The notes beneath the pieces are model-generated. The model was not told the origin of the DNA. It made no database searches and saw nothing but the letters and a program-made list of their open reading frames with translations. From Bdellovibrionales bacterium (GTDB lineage: Bacteria > Bdellovibrionota > Bdellovibrionia > Bdellovibrionales > UBA1609), in NCBI GenBank assembly GCA_965199825.1, contig OZ241329.1:2176001-2240000 (forward strand): a stretch of DNA of 64,000 nucleotides, in the 5' to 3' direction. How positions within the stretch are numbered: the first letter of the stretch is position 1; each line of letters starts with the position of its first letter. The position numbers were made by a program, and so were the translations under genes. Positions 40,318 through 50,572 of this stretch are shown here, one piece after another.

Positions 40318-42750
40318 TTGATGCTCAATATTGTTTCTTTTAATATCTTGCGGGTCATTGCTGGATTAAGCGCTGTTGTTGTCGTGGGAATTACATTTCA
40401 AAATTGTTCGCAGTTTCATCAAGCTCAATTGAAGGCTGTGGCAGGGAGCAGTTACTGTAATGGCAACACAGCAGACAAAGCGTGCCTTTCGTCTCTTGAA
40501 CCCACTTGCATCTTTAATGGCGCACCTGTCGCAAACGGACAAGCTGTCACCGCATATTTTAGTTCGAGTGTTGTCGCTGGAAGCAGCTGTCAATCCCAGT
40601 CACGGATTTGTACCAATGGGACTTTGTCGGGAACATACTCTTACCCAACATGCGGAAGTGATGTTGCCGCAGCTTGCCTTTTTAACGGAAGTGCAGTCGC
40701 AAGTGGTTTTTCTGTTGATGCCTATTTAAATTCTACCGATCCAACCTGCCGATCAGAAAAACGAAACTGCGCGAATGGTGTTCTCTCGGGCTCTTTTTCT
40801 TACGCCACTTGTACAAGTTCATCATATAAATCATGTTTATTTAACGGACAAACGCTTGAACACGGCCAAAGTGTTTCGGCATTTGCAAATTCGCAAGTGG
40901 CTTTTGGACAAACATGCACACCGATCACTCGCACATGCTTCAATGGAGCGTTATCAGCAACTGGCGATTTTGGTTCATGCAGTGTCTCGCCCGTGGCTTC
41001 CTGCTTATTCAACGGGACAACAATTGTGAGTGGGTCGAGCACCACCGCTTATGCCAGCTCTTCGCTCCCTTTTGGACAAAGTTGTGTTGCTCAAACTCGA
41101 GTATGTGCAAATGGAATACTGAGTGGCTCTGGGGATTTCGCGAGCTGTTCAATCGATGCCCCTGTAGGGTGTTTGATCAACGGACAAACTGTAAATCATG
41201 GAAGTTCGATCACTCTTTATTTAAATTCTTCTGTGGGTTCTGGCGAAAACTGTCAGACACAATTAAGAACATGCTCAAACGGAACTCTTTCGGGAAATGC
41301 GACGGCTGCAACTTGCACACCCACCGCGGTTCTTTGTGGAGCGGATGTGGTCAACAATCCTAATGTGGATGCAACACCGTCTCTCCAAGCTTGCATCAAC
41401 ACATCAACGCCTCTGATTGAACTCGTACCGGGTCGATACTATTTAAATAGTCGACTTGTATTTTCAAATCGAACTGCAATGACGATTCGGACTCAGAATT
41501 TAAATGATGGACCTGCGTGCTTCACTTCAGGCGCTGCTCCATGTGCAATTTTAATCGCAAGCCAATCGCACAACGGGCCAACAATTTTTGATAGTTACAG
41601 TAGCAATAACCTCACCTTGAATCATATCGTGTTTGATGGGAACAATGCTGTTCGTCGAGCGATTCATCCGACCAACGATTGGCAAGAAGGCATTGCCTAC
41701 AACAGCCGAATCCACGACTGCGCAGGCTGCAATTTTATTGGATTGAGTTCTGTACGAGCACCACAGGGGACTGGTCTTGAATTCAGTGGGGACAATGCGA
41801 CGTTTGATCATTGTTTATTTCGCGATAATGGATGGGGACTTCCAAATGATCCAAGCACCGCATGGTCTGATGGATTGACCGTTCATTCCTCGTCGAACAT
41901 TCGTATTACAAATTCTATTTTTAAAGATAACTCTGATATCAATTTGATTTTGGGTAATGCGCCCGGTGCGGTGATTCAAAACAATTGGATTGGGAACACC
42001 TATAATTTTGCTTACGGCGCACTGATGCTCGACAATTTTGGCGGCTCAAAGCCCGGAAATTTTACCGGTGCTGTCATAAACAATAATACTATAGATTGTG
42101 GTCAAGGTTTTTGCGGTATTGGGATTAATATTGGGCCACAAATGTGGTATTCGGCTCCGCAGGTGATTGGCGGTGCGGTTTATTCCAACTCCGTTGTTGG
42201 CGCACGCCAAGGTATTTTAACAAACGGAGCTACTGGCTGGGACATCTACTCGAATACGGTCAATGTGCTTGGCATCTACACCGATGGCCATTACTCAACA
42301 AATTTTATTTCGTATTCGAACGGCGATTCGGTCAACATTCACGACAATAGCCAAGCGGCTCAGCTCAGTGGGCTTATGGGGATGTCGCCACAAAATTTGC
42401 CGCTCCTTTACTCGAACTTTAACGGCACAAGCGCTGCGGTTTCAAAAGCGTATCGCGAAGTCTTGGGCCGAGACCCCGATTTGAGTGGAGGTCCTGCGTA
42501 CACTAACGCCGTAGCAAGCGGACGATCAATCGATAGCGTCCGTACCGAGCTGGCCATCAGTGGTGAGAACGCGGCTAAAATAAATAGTATTTATTTACAT
42601 GTATTTGGTCGCTCTGTTGATGATGAGGGCCTGACCAACTGGCGTTATTATTTAATGAGTGGTGGGAGCGTTGACCAAATGTGGGTTCAATTTGAACTCT
42701 CTCCTGAAGGTCTCCAAAACTCAGACTCATTTAACGATCGTCAAAACTAG
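40318..42750 (+). CDS. Surface lipoprotein: five Cys-rich repeats, right-handed beta-helix, DUF4214-like C-terminus
   Basis: ITFQNC signal; 5x C.[FI]NG...C.....R.C.NG.LS; parallel beta-helix stacks (DGLTVH, NIRITNSIFKDNSD); YREVLGRDPD and YLHVFGRSVDDEGLTNW. Confidence 0.8.
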   Translation: MMLNIVSFNILRVIAGLSAVVVVGITFQNCSQFHQAQLKAVAGSSYCNGNTADKACLSSLEPTCIFNGAPVANGQAVTAYFSSSVVAGSSCQSQSRICTNGTLSGTYSYPTCGSDVAAACLFNGSAVASGFSVDAYLNSTDPTCRSEKRNCANGVLSGSFSYATCTSSSYKSCLFNGQTLEHGQSVSAFANSQVAFGQTCTPITRTCFNGALSATGDFGSCSVSPVASCLFNGTTIVSGSSTTAYASSSLPFGQSCVAQTRVCANGILSGSGDFASCSIDAPVGCLINGQTVNHGSSITLYLNSSVGSGENCQTQLRTCSNGTLSGNATAATCTPTAVLCGADVVNNPNVDATPSLQACINTSTPLIELVPGRYYLNSRLVFSNRTAMTIRTQNLNDGPACFTSGAAPCAILIASQSHNGPTIFDSYSSNNLTLNHIVFDGNNAVRRAIHPTNDWQEGIAYNSRIHDCAGCNFIGLSSVRAPQGTGLEFSGDNATFDHCLFRDNGWGLPNDPSTAWSDGLTVHSSSNIRITNSIFKDNSDINLILGNAPGAVIQNNWIGNTYNFAYGALMLDNFGGSKPGNFTGAVINNNTIDCGQGFCGIGINIGPQMWYSAPQVIGGAVYSNSVVGARQGILTNGATGWDIYSNTVNVLGIYTDGHYSTNFISYSNGDSVNIHDNSQAAQLSGLMGMSPQNLPLLYSNFNGTSAAVSKAYREVLGRDPDLSGGPAYTNAVASGRSIDSVRTELAISGENAAKINSIYLHVFGRSVDDEGLTNWRYYLMSGGSVDQMWVQFELSPEGLQNSDSFNDRQN
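40501..41319 (+). repeat. Five tandem ~50-55-aa four-cysteine repeats within the lipoprotein
   Basis: CIFNG, CLFNG, CLFNG, CLFNG, CLING units, each with R.C.NG.LS. Confidence 0.85.
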
Positions 42751-42760
42751 CGCTATTTTT

Positions 42761-43405
42761 TCAGGGCTCAGATAATAACAGGTCTTTAAGTCCAAAAAAA
42801 ATTTTGAGTGGTTCAGAAGATGTGGGGTCATTTAGCGATCTCTTGGCGAAAATGCGAATGATGTGAATTAAACCTTGCTGCTTGTAGCGCTTTGATGTCA
42901 GACGCCCTCTAAAACTTTCGTAGAAATCATCAAATGGAATCTCAACCGTTTGGCCGTATTCAGCAGACAACGCCGGCACTTTAAAATCGCACTCAAAAGT
43001 TAAGGCATCATCCATTGATTGAGCGATCACCAGTTGTGCGGTTAAAACTAAATCACCAGGTTCGATTTTGGTAAACCGAAGTACAAGACCAGCAAACGAC
43101 GGCGATGTCGGATGAGAGATTTTGTTTGAGTCGAATTCAACTCCGGTAAAGCCGACGTATTGGCCTTGATTTCGCTCCGATACAATCGCTCCTAATACTC
43201 CGTTAAACTGTATATCAATCTGCTGAAGTAGATCACTTCGCAAATCCGAAATGACGTGAGCACTTGATCGCGTGATCGGCTTGGCGTTTGGTCGTTGTTC
43301 AGAGTCTAAAAAGATCCGAATTCGTTCGGTGGTCATATTCATAGTGTGGCAGAATTCTGGTGAGGTGAATGCATAAAGCATCACTACGGCAATTAAATAA
43401 TTCAT
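42761..43405 (-). CDS. CIA30-like (galactose-binding-fold) protein
   Basis: VISD, GFTGV, VEIPFDDFYESFRGR resemble CIA30 motifs; N-terminal signal-like segment. Confidence 0.55.
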   Translation of the reverse strand: MNYLIAVVMLYAFTSPEFCHTMNMTTERIRIFLDSEQRPNAKPITRSSAHVISDLRSDLLQQIDIQFNGVLGAIVSERNQGQYVGFTGVEFDSNKISHPTSPSFAGLVLRFTKIEPGDLVLTAQLVIAQSMDDALTFECDFKVPALSAEYGQTVEIPFDDFYESFRGRLTSKRYKQQGLIHIIRIFAKRSLNDPTSSEPLKIFFGLKDLLLSEP

Positions 43406-43659
43406 ACAATAAATATCCCAAACCCAAGGTTGGTATAATCAAAAGTTGTTTAAGTCGAAACTGATTCCTAAAGGGACTATCGCCCGCAACCAACCTGAGC
43501 ACGCAGAAATGCCATATATCTTTCAATACGGGAAGCGTGGCCTTTAGTTTGCTTTAGAACCCTTTTAATTATTTGAACATACATAAAGTGGCTTATCAGG
43601 ACTTGAGCAGCGTACGAAGGTAGACTGTTAAGGCACATTTTTTTATTAAGGGACTCAGG

Positions 43660-44646
43660 ATGACTGAACAAAACTCGTTATCATTATTTTTAGGCTTGAT
43701 CATATGTTTGGCAGTTGCGTTGGTACCGGCGCGATCCCATGCCCAATTTATCTCTAAGGTCACCGATCAAATCAAAGGTTCAGGTTTTTACGAGCCACTT
43801 CAATCGATTCCGTTGCCTCGGGCACTGGCCGATCGATCATTAAAAATTTCTGGGCAACGCGCGATGAGAATTTTAAAGGGAGAAGAGGTTGTCAATTCAG
43901 ATGATCGACTGTTGGTGGCGAATGCGACCATGTCCTACGCGATGGTAAGCAGTCCGCTCCTCGAACGCAGAGATTTTTATTTGTTACCACATGATGGGCC
44001 AAGTCGTTGGCAAACACAAAAAGATCTTGATCGAGCCATCGCAAGAACCGCTGGAAAAAAGAATCTAAATCTGAGTCAAATCTTAAATCAGTTCTTGATC
44101 GCAGTCAGCTTTGAGTCTTACTTACGAAACCAAGGTCTGCCTCAGGACAAAGAACGCCTTCATGTTCTAGCGTCCTATCTTTTAGCAATTGGTGCACTCA
44201 GTGAACAAAACGGCAACCACACTGAAGAACTGGTCTCTTTGCTTCTCGGCTTTAACCCAGTGGTCATCCGAGAGGCCTTAGAGGTTGTGATCGATCAAGG
44301 TCAAAATTTTGAAGTGATTGAGAAATATAATACACTGAACTTTATGGGATTACAGCATCCGGCGCCTTGGTCGATCGGATTAGCTGTAGGAACATTAACA
44401 ATGTTGGCGGATGCGATGGTAGACATTGTATCAGATGGATCTCTCTCCTCAACACTCCGCTCGCTTGGAATGAACGACTATATGACTCTGGCAACCCTTT
44501 TAATCGCTCTTCCTACAGCAGCGGGGATCCCAGCAAGCCAAACCTTTAAGACGATCTTTCAACAGCACTTAAAACCGAAATTAAATCCATATTCATTAAA
44601 AGGTTTCGAGCATATTTGTGAAAAACTGTTGAGTACTAGATCGTGA
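43660..44646 (+). CDS. Hypothetical secreted protein with hydrophobic hairpin and C-terminal CEKLL
   Basis: Signal peptide ending ARSHA; hydrophobic segments near the C-terminus; ends HICEKLLSTRS. Confidence 0.7.
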   Translation: MTEQNSLSLFLGLIICLAVALVPARSHAQFISKVTDQIKGSGFYEPLQSIPLPRALADRSLKISGQRAMRILKGEEVVNSDDRLLVANATMSYAMVSSPLLERRDFYLLPHDGPSRWQTQKDLDRAIARTAGKKNLNLSQILNQFLIAVSFESYLRNQGLPQDKERLHVLASYLLAIGALSEQNGNHTEELVSLLLGFNPVVIREALEVVIDQGQNFEVIEKYNTLNFMGLQHPAPWSIGLAVGTLTMLADAMVDIVSDGSLSSTLRSLGMNDYMTLATLLIALPTAAGIPASQTFKTIFQQHLKPKLNPYSLKGFEHICEKLLSTRS

Positions 44647-44772
44647 ACGAAGGAACATCAGCCGGCCCTATGACAGCATTCCCATTATAAGTTGAATATC
44701 TTGAGTATTCGTTTATTTTGGGAAATCGATTTTTCAAGGCTGATAACGATTTTATTTTTGGAGAAAATATTT

Positions 44773-45159
44773 ATGATTAGAAAAATTTGTTTGGGAACTG
44801 CATGTTGCCTTTTGCTGTCGGCTCCCTCCACAACAAAATCTTTCGCCGAGTCTTTGGAGGAAAGTTTCAAAGAAGCTCAACTGACGGCTGAGTCTGCGGC
44901 CTATCATGAGTATCTTAACAAAATTAATAAAATCCTTTTAAACGCAATTGTGAAGAAGGCGGGTTCAGATGTCGTCGGAACTCCGGATATAAAAACGACG
45001 CTTCCTAAAGAAAGCTCTGGTCACTACGAAACCTATCAGGAGATTTACGCCGAAACTCAAAATAGAAACATCTGCAGAGCATTGACAGCGGTGAGTTCAA
45101 GTGTTGTGGGGAACTACCCTAAGGATGCCAATATTTTTGTCGACTGCTTTCCGAAGTGA
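44773..45159 (+). CDS. Small hypothetical secreted protein
   Basis: ATG 44773 with GGAG RBS, signal peptide MIRKICLGTACCLLLSA; two Cys in the mature part. Confidence 0.65.
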   Translation: MIRKICLGTACCLLLSAPSTTKSFAESLEESFKEAQLTAESAAYHEYLNKINKILLNAIVKKAGSDVVGTPDIKTTLPKESSGHYETYQEIYAETQNRNICRALTAVSSSVVGNYPKDANIFVDCFPK

Positions 45160-45235
45160 AGGCGTCGCGGAAGGTGAATTTAAAATTTGTGGAGCTTTAT
45201 TGATTCGCAAACAAGCTTAGGGCTCCACAGCCCAT

Positions 45236-46420
45236 TCAAGCCGCTCGGGCCATTTTCACCATCAACGGCCCCTGCAACAAATATACACCAATCAAGATCG
45301 CCACACCCACAAGGCTTCCTCCAATATACCCGATCGCATAAAGATGATGAACCGAAGCAATACTTGCGATCAAGGCTCCGCCGCCGATGCCGATATTGTA
45401 GATGCCAGAAAATCCGGCCATCGCTACATCTTCGGCATCGGGTGCAAGTGATAGAACGAGATGCTGCAATACCAAATTATATAAAATAAATGCGAAACCC
45501 CAAATGGCCACTACAGTAAGAGTAAACAAATAAGATACGGACGCGAATCTAAGTCCAATCAAACACAGCGCGACCACAAGCGAGGACATCAGTGCTGTTT
45601 GTTTAAAATATTTCTTTAAAAAATGGGGAGCCACAAAACTTCCTAAACACCCTGCGACTCCCAACATCAGCAATACTGAGGCAATCAATTCTTTCTTGAA
45701 TCCACCGATCTCAGTTAAAAAGGGAGTAATCATCGAGTACACCGTGTAATCGCCAAGCATTGCGGTCACGGTCATCAGGTAAACTAAAACGAGGTTTTTT
45801 CTTTTCATTAGCGGGATAATGCTTTTGAAATTGCCTGAATTTAAACTGGGAGTCGACGGGATGATTTTAAAAAGCACGCCGGCAATCAGTGCAGCACAAA
45901 GTCCAATTGCACCAAAGGTCATCCGCCACCCAAACAGTTGTCCAAAATAAGTTCCAAGTGGAATACCAAGTACCGATCCCAAGGTTGCTCCCGTTACAAC
46001 CATTGTCATCGCCCGCTCGCGCGACTCTTTGGGTCCAAGTCGAATTCCTAATGGAATGGCGATCGCCCAAAAAATAGCATGGCATGAAGCGACCAAAAGA
46101 CGAGAAAGAATAAACAACTCAAAGGTCGAAGATAAACAGGTGAGTCCATGAGCCACAACAAAAATGCCGAGTAAGACCAGCATCAACGGCCGCCGATTAA
46201 ATTTTGAAACGTAGGCGGTGAGTGGCAATGCCAGCAGAGCCACAACCCAAGCATAAATGGTCATGGCAATCGCAGTCTCGGCGTCTGTGCGATGAAAGCT
46301 TTCGCCGATCTCATAAATCAGACCCACCGGAATAAACTCAGAGGTCACAAAAATAAAAGCCGAAAATCCAAGGCTCAGTGTTGCAAGCCAATCTTTTAAA
46401 ATAAATCTTTTTGAATTCAA
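45236..46420 (-). CDS. MFS (DHA1) sugar-efflux transporter, SotB-like
   Basis: FIFVTSEFIPVGL, TIYAWVVA, HAIFWAI, FSGIYNIGIGGGAL; TTG 46420 gives 394 aa. Confidence 0.85.
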   Translation of the reverse strand: MNSKRFILKDWLATLSLGFSAFIFVTSEFIPVGLIYEIGESFHRTDAETAIAMTIYAWVVALLALPLTAYVSKFNRRPLMLVLLGIFVVAHGLTCLSSTFELFILSRLLVASCHAIFWAIAIPLGIRLGPKESRERAMTMVVTGATLGSVLGIPLGTYFGQLFGWRMTFGAIGLCAALIAGVLFKIIPSTPSLNSGNFKSIIPLMKRKNLVLVYLMTVTAMLGDYTVYSMITPFLTEIGGFKKELIASVLLMLGVAGCLGSFVAPHFLKKYFKQTALMSSLVVALCLIGLRFASVSYLFTLTVVAIWGFAFILYNLVLQHLVLSLAPDAEDVAMAGFSGIYNIGIGGGALIASIASVHHLYAIGYIGGSLVGVAILIGVYLLQGPLMVKMARAA

Positions 46421-46508
46421 ATGATGATCTCGTTTTTTAAAATTAAAAACCGAATGTGCCTCATTTGGCGGGGTACGGGTAGCAAAAGCTGAAGTGTTTG
46501 ACCAGCGA

Positions 46509-46988
46509 TTAGAGACGAGGAGTGCCGGTGGTTGCTGCTCGACCCCAACCGCCTTCATGCCATTTTTTTGCGCCAAGCTCCATATCAAACATTTTAAATA
46601 TCTCAACCGAGCACTTGTCGGGTTGGTATTTTGTAAGCCATTGGATTCGGCCCATGGGTTTTTTAAGATTTTTGAGATCTACAATTAAGGTTTGTGATTT
46701 TAAAATCTCGGCTTGTAAAGGACCAAGGGCGGGATCGCAAGCGCCGAGGATAAATTCAATTTTAAATTTAGGCACAATGGATTTTTGTCCATCATTGATA
46801 AAATCTAATTTCAAACCACAGGAATAAGTTGCGTTTGCTTTTTTAATTTTTAAAAATCCTGTGCCGACTGAATCTAAAATAAAAGTAGAGCTCCATTCGC
46901 GATTCGAAGCGTGGCATTTAAAAATTTCAGTATTTTGGGCAAAGCATTGAAATGAAAAAATAAAATAGAGGAAAATTAATTTTTTCAT
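46509..46988 (-). CDS. Hypothetical secreted protein, coupled to the PAD gene
   Basis: Signal peptide MKKLIFLYFIFSFQCFA; four Cys in the mature part; ATGA overlap with the upstream gene. Confidence 0.7.
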   Translation of the reverse strand: MKKLIFLYFIFSFQCFAQNTEIFKCHASNREWSSTFILDSVGTGFLKIKKANATYSCGLKLDFINDGQKSIVPKFKIEFILGACDPALGPLQAEILKSQTLIVDLKNLKKPMGRIQWLTKYQPDKCSVEIFKMFDMELGAKKWHEGGWGRAATTGTPRL

Positions 46989-48526
46989 TTTTGCTCCTTT
47001 GGTTTACAAATATGAATGGTATGGGTTGAACAATGAAGGTTGCCTTCTCCTTCATGGGCATAATCGTAGGTGTCGACAAACTCGGCGTTTAAGCCCCTTT
47101 TTTGATACTCTTCAGTCATATATTTTTTAAAAACTGAATTAAATGGCTCAGGCGAAATGACTGTATCATTAATTGAAACTGCATTTGCTGGATTGGGCAA
47201 AATTGATCGACCAAGTCCCTCAGGAAGATCGTATCCTGCTTCGGTCTTGACCGGCAATCCGCCAAAAAAGAGATCAGGTGTTTCAATAATATCAACGGTG
47301 CATTGCGGATATTTCTGTTTTAATTTTGCTTCAACATCGTTTTTTAGTTTATCCATATTTTTTTGGATCAGATCGTTATAAATCCCTAAATTTGTTTTAG
47401 CTGTCAGCACTTGCAACACATCACTGTTCGTCACATTTGCACAATCGCCTGGATCAGGACTTTTGCTCGGTGCACTTAAAGCCCAAGCGGTTCCCAATGA
47501 AAAAGAGAGGAGTTGTGACGTTGATCGAGACGGCTCTTGAGGTGTTGTGCGTTCTTGATCCGGTAATTGATGTAGGGCTTTGAGACCTAAACACAATTTT
47601 CGCAAGCCCTGGTTTTCTTGAGTGCGACGATCAGAAATATCTTTTGAACCAGTTTTGCTCAATGCAGAGAAATCCAAAAATCGATCATTAGGATTTTTTT
47701 TTAATAAATCCACCGCTCTTTTTGGGCTTGCTAAGACGATTGAAAAATCACATGGTGGCGGGTTATTTTTATTTCTAACCGTTTTCATTATCTCATCTGT
47801 GTGACCCACCTCAAGCCAAGATGTGGGAACTTTGATTCTATTATTTGGATCTTTGCCACAAAATTGATCGGCATAGTTGGACCACTCTTTATCACTCTCA
47901 AAGTCATCGTCACCTAATGCACATATACCTGACGGCAAAGATTGAATATTACCACCCATCATGCCATTTTTTTTGGTTTCGCTCACTAAGTCGGGGCCTT
48001 TGGTAAAGCCACACTCTTGAGTTGCCGCAGAAACTTTACTAAAACTATCGCCCGATTTTTCATAATTTTTTACTGAGCGTAAGACAGGCTGACCCGTTTC
48101 AGGGTTAATAAAAGATTGAAAATAATCCTGCTGCCACGTGTAGCTCTTGGCAGGGATCTGAATCAACGAAGCAAGCCAAACTGTTTTTTGTTTATCGCTG
48201 ACCGGTAAAGATTGAATTCTGTCTTTTAGTTTTTTCATCGTATCATCTTTGACCGGCAACAAGATCACAGGAGTATTCGCGCCTGATCCTTTTAATACTT
48301 TTGTGACAAAATTAGTCGTAAACTCAGAATCGTGTCCGTTGTGTCCTGAGTCTGAAACGAGCACAGCTCCAACGGGATAGGTTTCTGGAATAATTGAACC
48401 TACAGGACAGGTGGGTGTGTCGGCTGGGCGATCTTTTAACCAACCGGGGCAGACACAAAAACCTCTGCGAGATAAACAAAAAATTAGAGCTAGTGCAAAT
48501 ATCTGAATCATTTTACTTTGAGCCAC
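46985..48526 (-). CDS. Secreted protein-arginine deiminase (PAD) family protein
   Basis: WQQD, GGN, WLEVGHTDE, NPAN, GNLHCST match the PAD catalytic Asp/His/Asp/Cys motifs; signal peptide. Confidence 0.8.
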   Translation of the reverse strand: MAQSKMIQIFALALIFCLSRRGFCVCPGWLKDRPADTPTCPVGSIIPETYPVGAVLVSDSGHNGHDSEFTTNFVTKVLKGSGANTPVILLPVKDDTMKKLKDRIQSLPVSDKQKTVWLASLIQIPAKSYTWQQDYFQSFINPETGQPVLRSVKNYEKSGDSFSKVSAATQECGFTKGPDLVSETKKNGMMGGNIQSLPSGICALGDDDFESDKEWSNYADQFCGKDPNNRIKVPTSWLEVGHTDEIMKTVRNKNNPPPCDFSIVLASPKRAVDLLKKNPNDRFLDFSALSKTGSKDISDRRTQENQGLRKLCLGLKALHQLPDQERTTPQEPSRSTSQLLSFSLGTAWALSAPSKSPDPGDCANVTNSDVLQVLTAKTNLGIYNDLIQKNMDKLKNDVEAKLKQKYPQCTVDIIETPDLFFGGLPVKTEAGYDLPEGLGRSILPNPANAVSINDTVISPEPFNSVFKKYMTEEYQKRGLNAEFVDTYDYAHEGEGNLHCSTHTIHICKPKEQK

Positions 48527-48707
48527 TTAAAACCCCTTTCAATTCGACACATCAAACAGCAATTTTAAAGTCAGGCGTTGAGGTCAAGAAGCTCACATAT
48601 TGTGAAAGAGTTTTTGGGTGAATGCGATCTTATTTTCAAAAACTGTTAAATGCAGAAATTAAATATTTTGATCTTCAAATCTTGTTTTAAAGCGGGTAGG
48701 GAGACAT

Positions 48708-50372
48708 ATGAATATCACAATTTTTGTTTTCTTAACCGGGCTTGGATTTTTTATCGCGGGCTCGGTTTCTGCCGCTCCATTTCGTTCGACTCCCCAAGCC
48801 CAAGCTTTTGTCGAAGGACAAAGGATTTACCAAAAAGAATCATCGTCTTACGAGCTCGACTCAAAAACGCGTGCCGATCTTGAGACCGATCAACTTGTTG
48901 TTGGTCAGCTACAAAATTTTGCGCCTTCGCCAATGTCGGCACAGCGTATGTCCTATATGCTCACTCATCCCTTGATGGATGTTGCAGAAATTCAATCTCG
49001 CCAGGAAGCTATTCGATTTATTGCGGATCATGATGAGCTCTTTGAATTGATGACTCAACTTTTCGAAAGGCATCCTTACACTGCCCATTCTCATCAATCG
49101 GATTGGACCAATGCTCAAGGAACCCAGCAACTGTTTGATGCTTTAACTCTTTCGATGCCCACAGCAATGGTTGTTGCTGCCATATTCGCACTCGATAATG
49201 GACAGTGGATTCAGGCGCCGCCCGAAACTAATCGTTTACGAATGACCCTTGGCTCATTTGTACCACTGATCAATAGCATCATGCTCCCTGTGGCAAACAA
49301 AGGTTTTACCGATTTTATAATGGCCAAGGATCGTGCCGCTCAATTGTCACATCTTTATCAAAATAAAATACTCACACAAACCCAATGGGGCCGAGAAATT
49401 CTTGATCAATGTGCAGCTCACCAAAAATGTATCAATGGGATACGAGATTTGGGGCGCGGGATTCCAAGCAATAGCGCATTAAGAAGTCTTTTAACAATTT
49501 CCGGTGTGGGGGGTCTAACGTCTTTACCCCCTCGCATCTTTGGGATGTATCATCGGACCAGGGTGATGAAGCTCATGTCTGTCGCTATCGAACTTGAAAC
49601 TTTTTATGCTTTTGCCAAATACTATCGCTCCTACAGAACTTCGCTTGAATTTCCAAAACTCATTGAGCAAGACAAACCTAGTTTGATTATTGAAGAAGGA
49701 CATCACCCATATCTTCTTTTTAATCCCCAGCATCAGTCAGCGGCGAATTCGATTGAATTTTTAAATTTTAAAAAATCGATTGGAACTTCGACTTACATTT
49801 TAACCGGTCCAAATACAGGAGGAAAAACAACTTTTCTTCGTATGATTGGAAACTTAGGAATTATGGCTCAAGTGGGTCTGCCTGTGCCCGTAAAAGCGAT
49901 GGAGCTGACCCCACTTCAATATATCGCAAGCTTTGCAAGCGTTGGCGATACGGTAACTCAAGGCCACAGCACCTTTTTCGCTCAAGCAAAAAGTGTTGGG
50001 GATATTCAATCTCGAACTGCTCAACAACAGCCATCGTTGATTCTTACCGATGAGATTTTAACAGGGACCTCAAAGGCCGAACACAATGCCTTGGAGTGGG
50101 CTGTGCTTGAAGATTTTAATCAGTCGCCAAATGTCTTAACCTTACTTGCCACTCATGATCGCAGTTTGGTCGAGCTTGAAAAACAAATGTCTGGAGTTTC
50201 AAATATTCATGTCACCTTATCAGGTCACCGAGTGGAAGGTGGTGCATCGACCGATTACAATGCTTTTGTTACCGCCCAAAAAGCAGGAGTCAAAACACAA
50301 ACACTTGAGCGTGCTCAAGAACTGTTTGGTCAACGAAACCCAGGTTCAACCTGTTTGCCTCTGCTAAAATAA
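48708..50372 (+). CDS. MutS domain-V ATPase protein with signal peptide
   Basis: TGPNTGGKTTFLR, MAQVG, STF, LTDEILTGT, ATHD; no MutS domain I; ends STCLPLLK. Confidence 0.82.
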   Translation: MNITIFVFLTGLGFFIAGSVSAAPFRSTPQAQAFVEGQRIYQKESSSYELDSKTRADLETDQLVVGQLQNFAPSPMSAQRMSYMLTHPLMDVAEIQSRQEAIRFIADHDELFELMTQLFERHPYTAHSHQSDWTNAQGTQQLFDALTLSMPTAMVVAAIFALDNGQWIQAPPETNRLRMTLGSFVPLINSIMLPVANKGFTDFIMAKDRAAQLSHLYQNKILTQTQWGREILDQCAAHQKCINGIRDLGRGIPSNSALRSLLTISGVGGLTSLPPRIFGMYHRTRVMKLMSVAIELETFYAFAKYYRSYRTSLEFPKLIEQDKPSLIIEEGHHPYLLFNPQHQSAANSIEFLNFKKSIGTSTYILTGPNTGGKTTFLRMIGNLGIMAQVGLPVPVKAMELTPLQYIASFASVGDTVTQGHSTFFAQAKSVGDIQSRTAQQQPSLILTDEILTGTSKAEHNALEWAVLEDFNQSPNVLTLLATHDRSLVELEKQMSGVSNIHVTLSGHRVEGGASTDYNAFVTAQKAGVKTQTLERAQELFGQRNPGSTCLPLLK

Positions 50373-50572
50373 TTTTGGTCTTCAAATTAAAAAACCTTTG
50401 AAGCCAAAAGAGAATCTGTATCACTCAAGACGGGATGGACATCAAAAACCAAACCTGTACGCACACAAATCCAAACAGACTCATCCTATTTTTCCAATCG
50501 CGAACGAAGGTATAAAAGAAGTATTTTATTTTTTAACAGACAATAGTCAAAAAAAAGTGCTACAGGGTTTGA

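Noticed and set aside
46421..46606. Long N-terminal extensions in the ORF track (MFS here; also 12865, 14982, 31640, 52413)
   Set aside because: They overlap neighbouring genes, and downstream starts give proper RBS, signal peptides or family length
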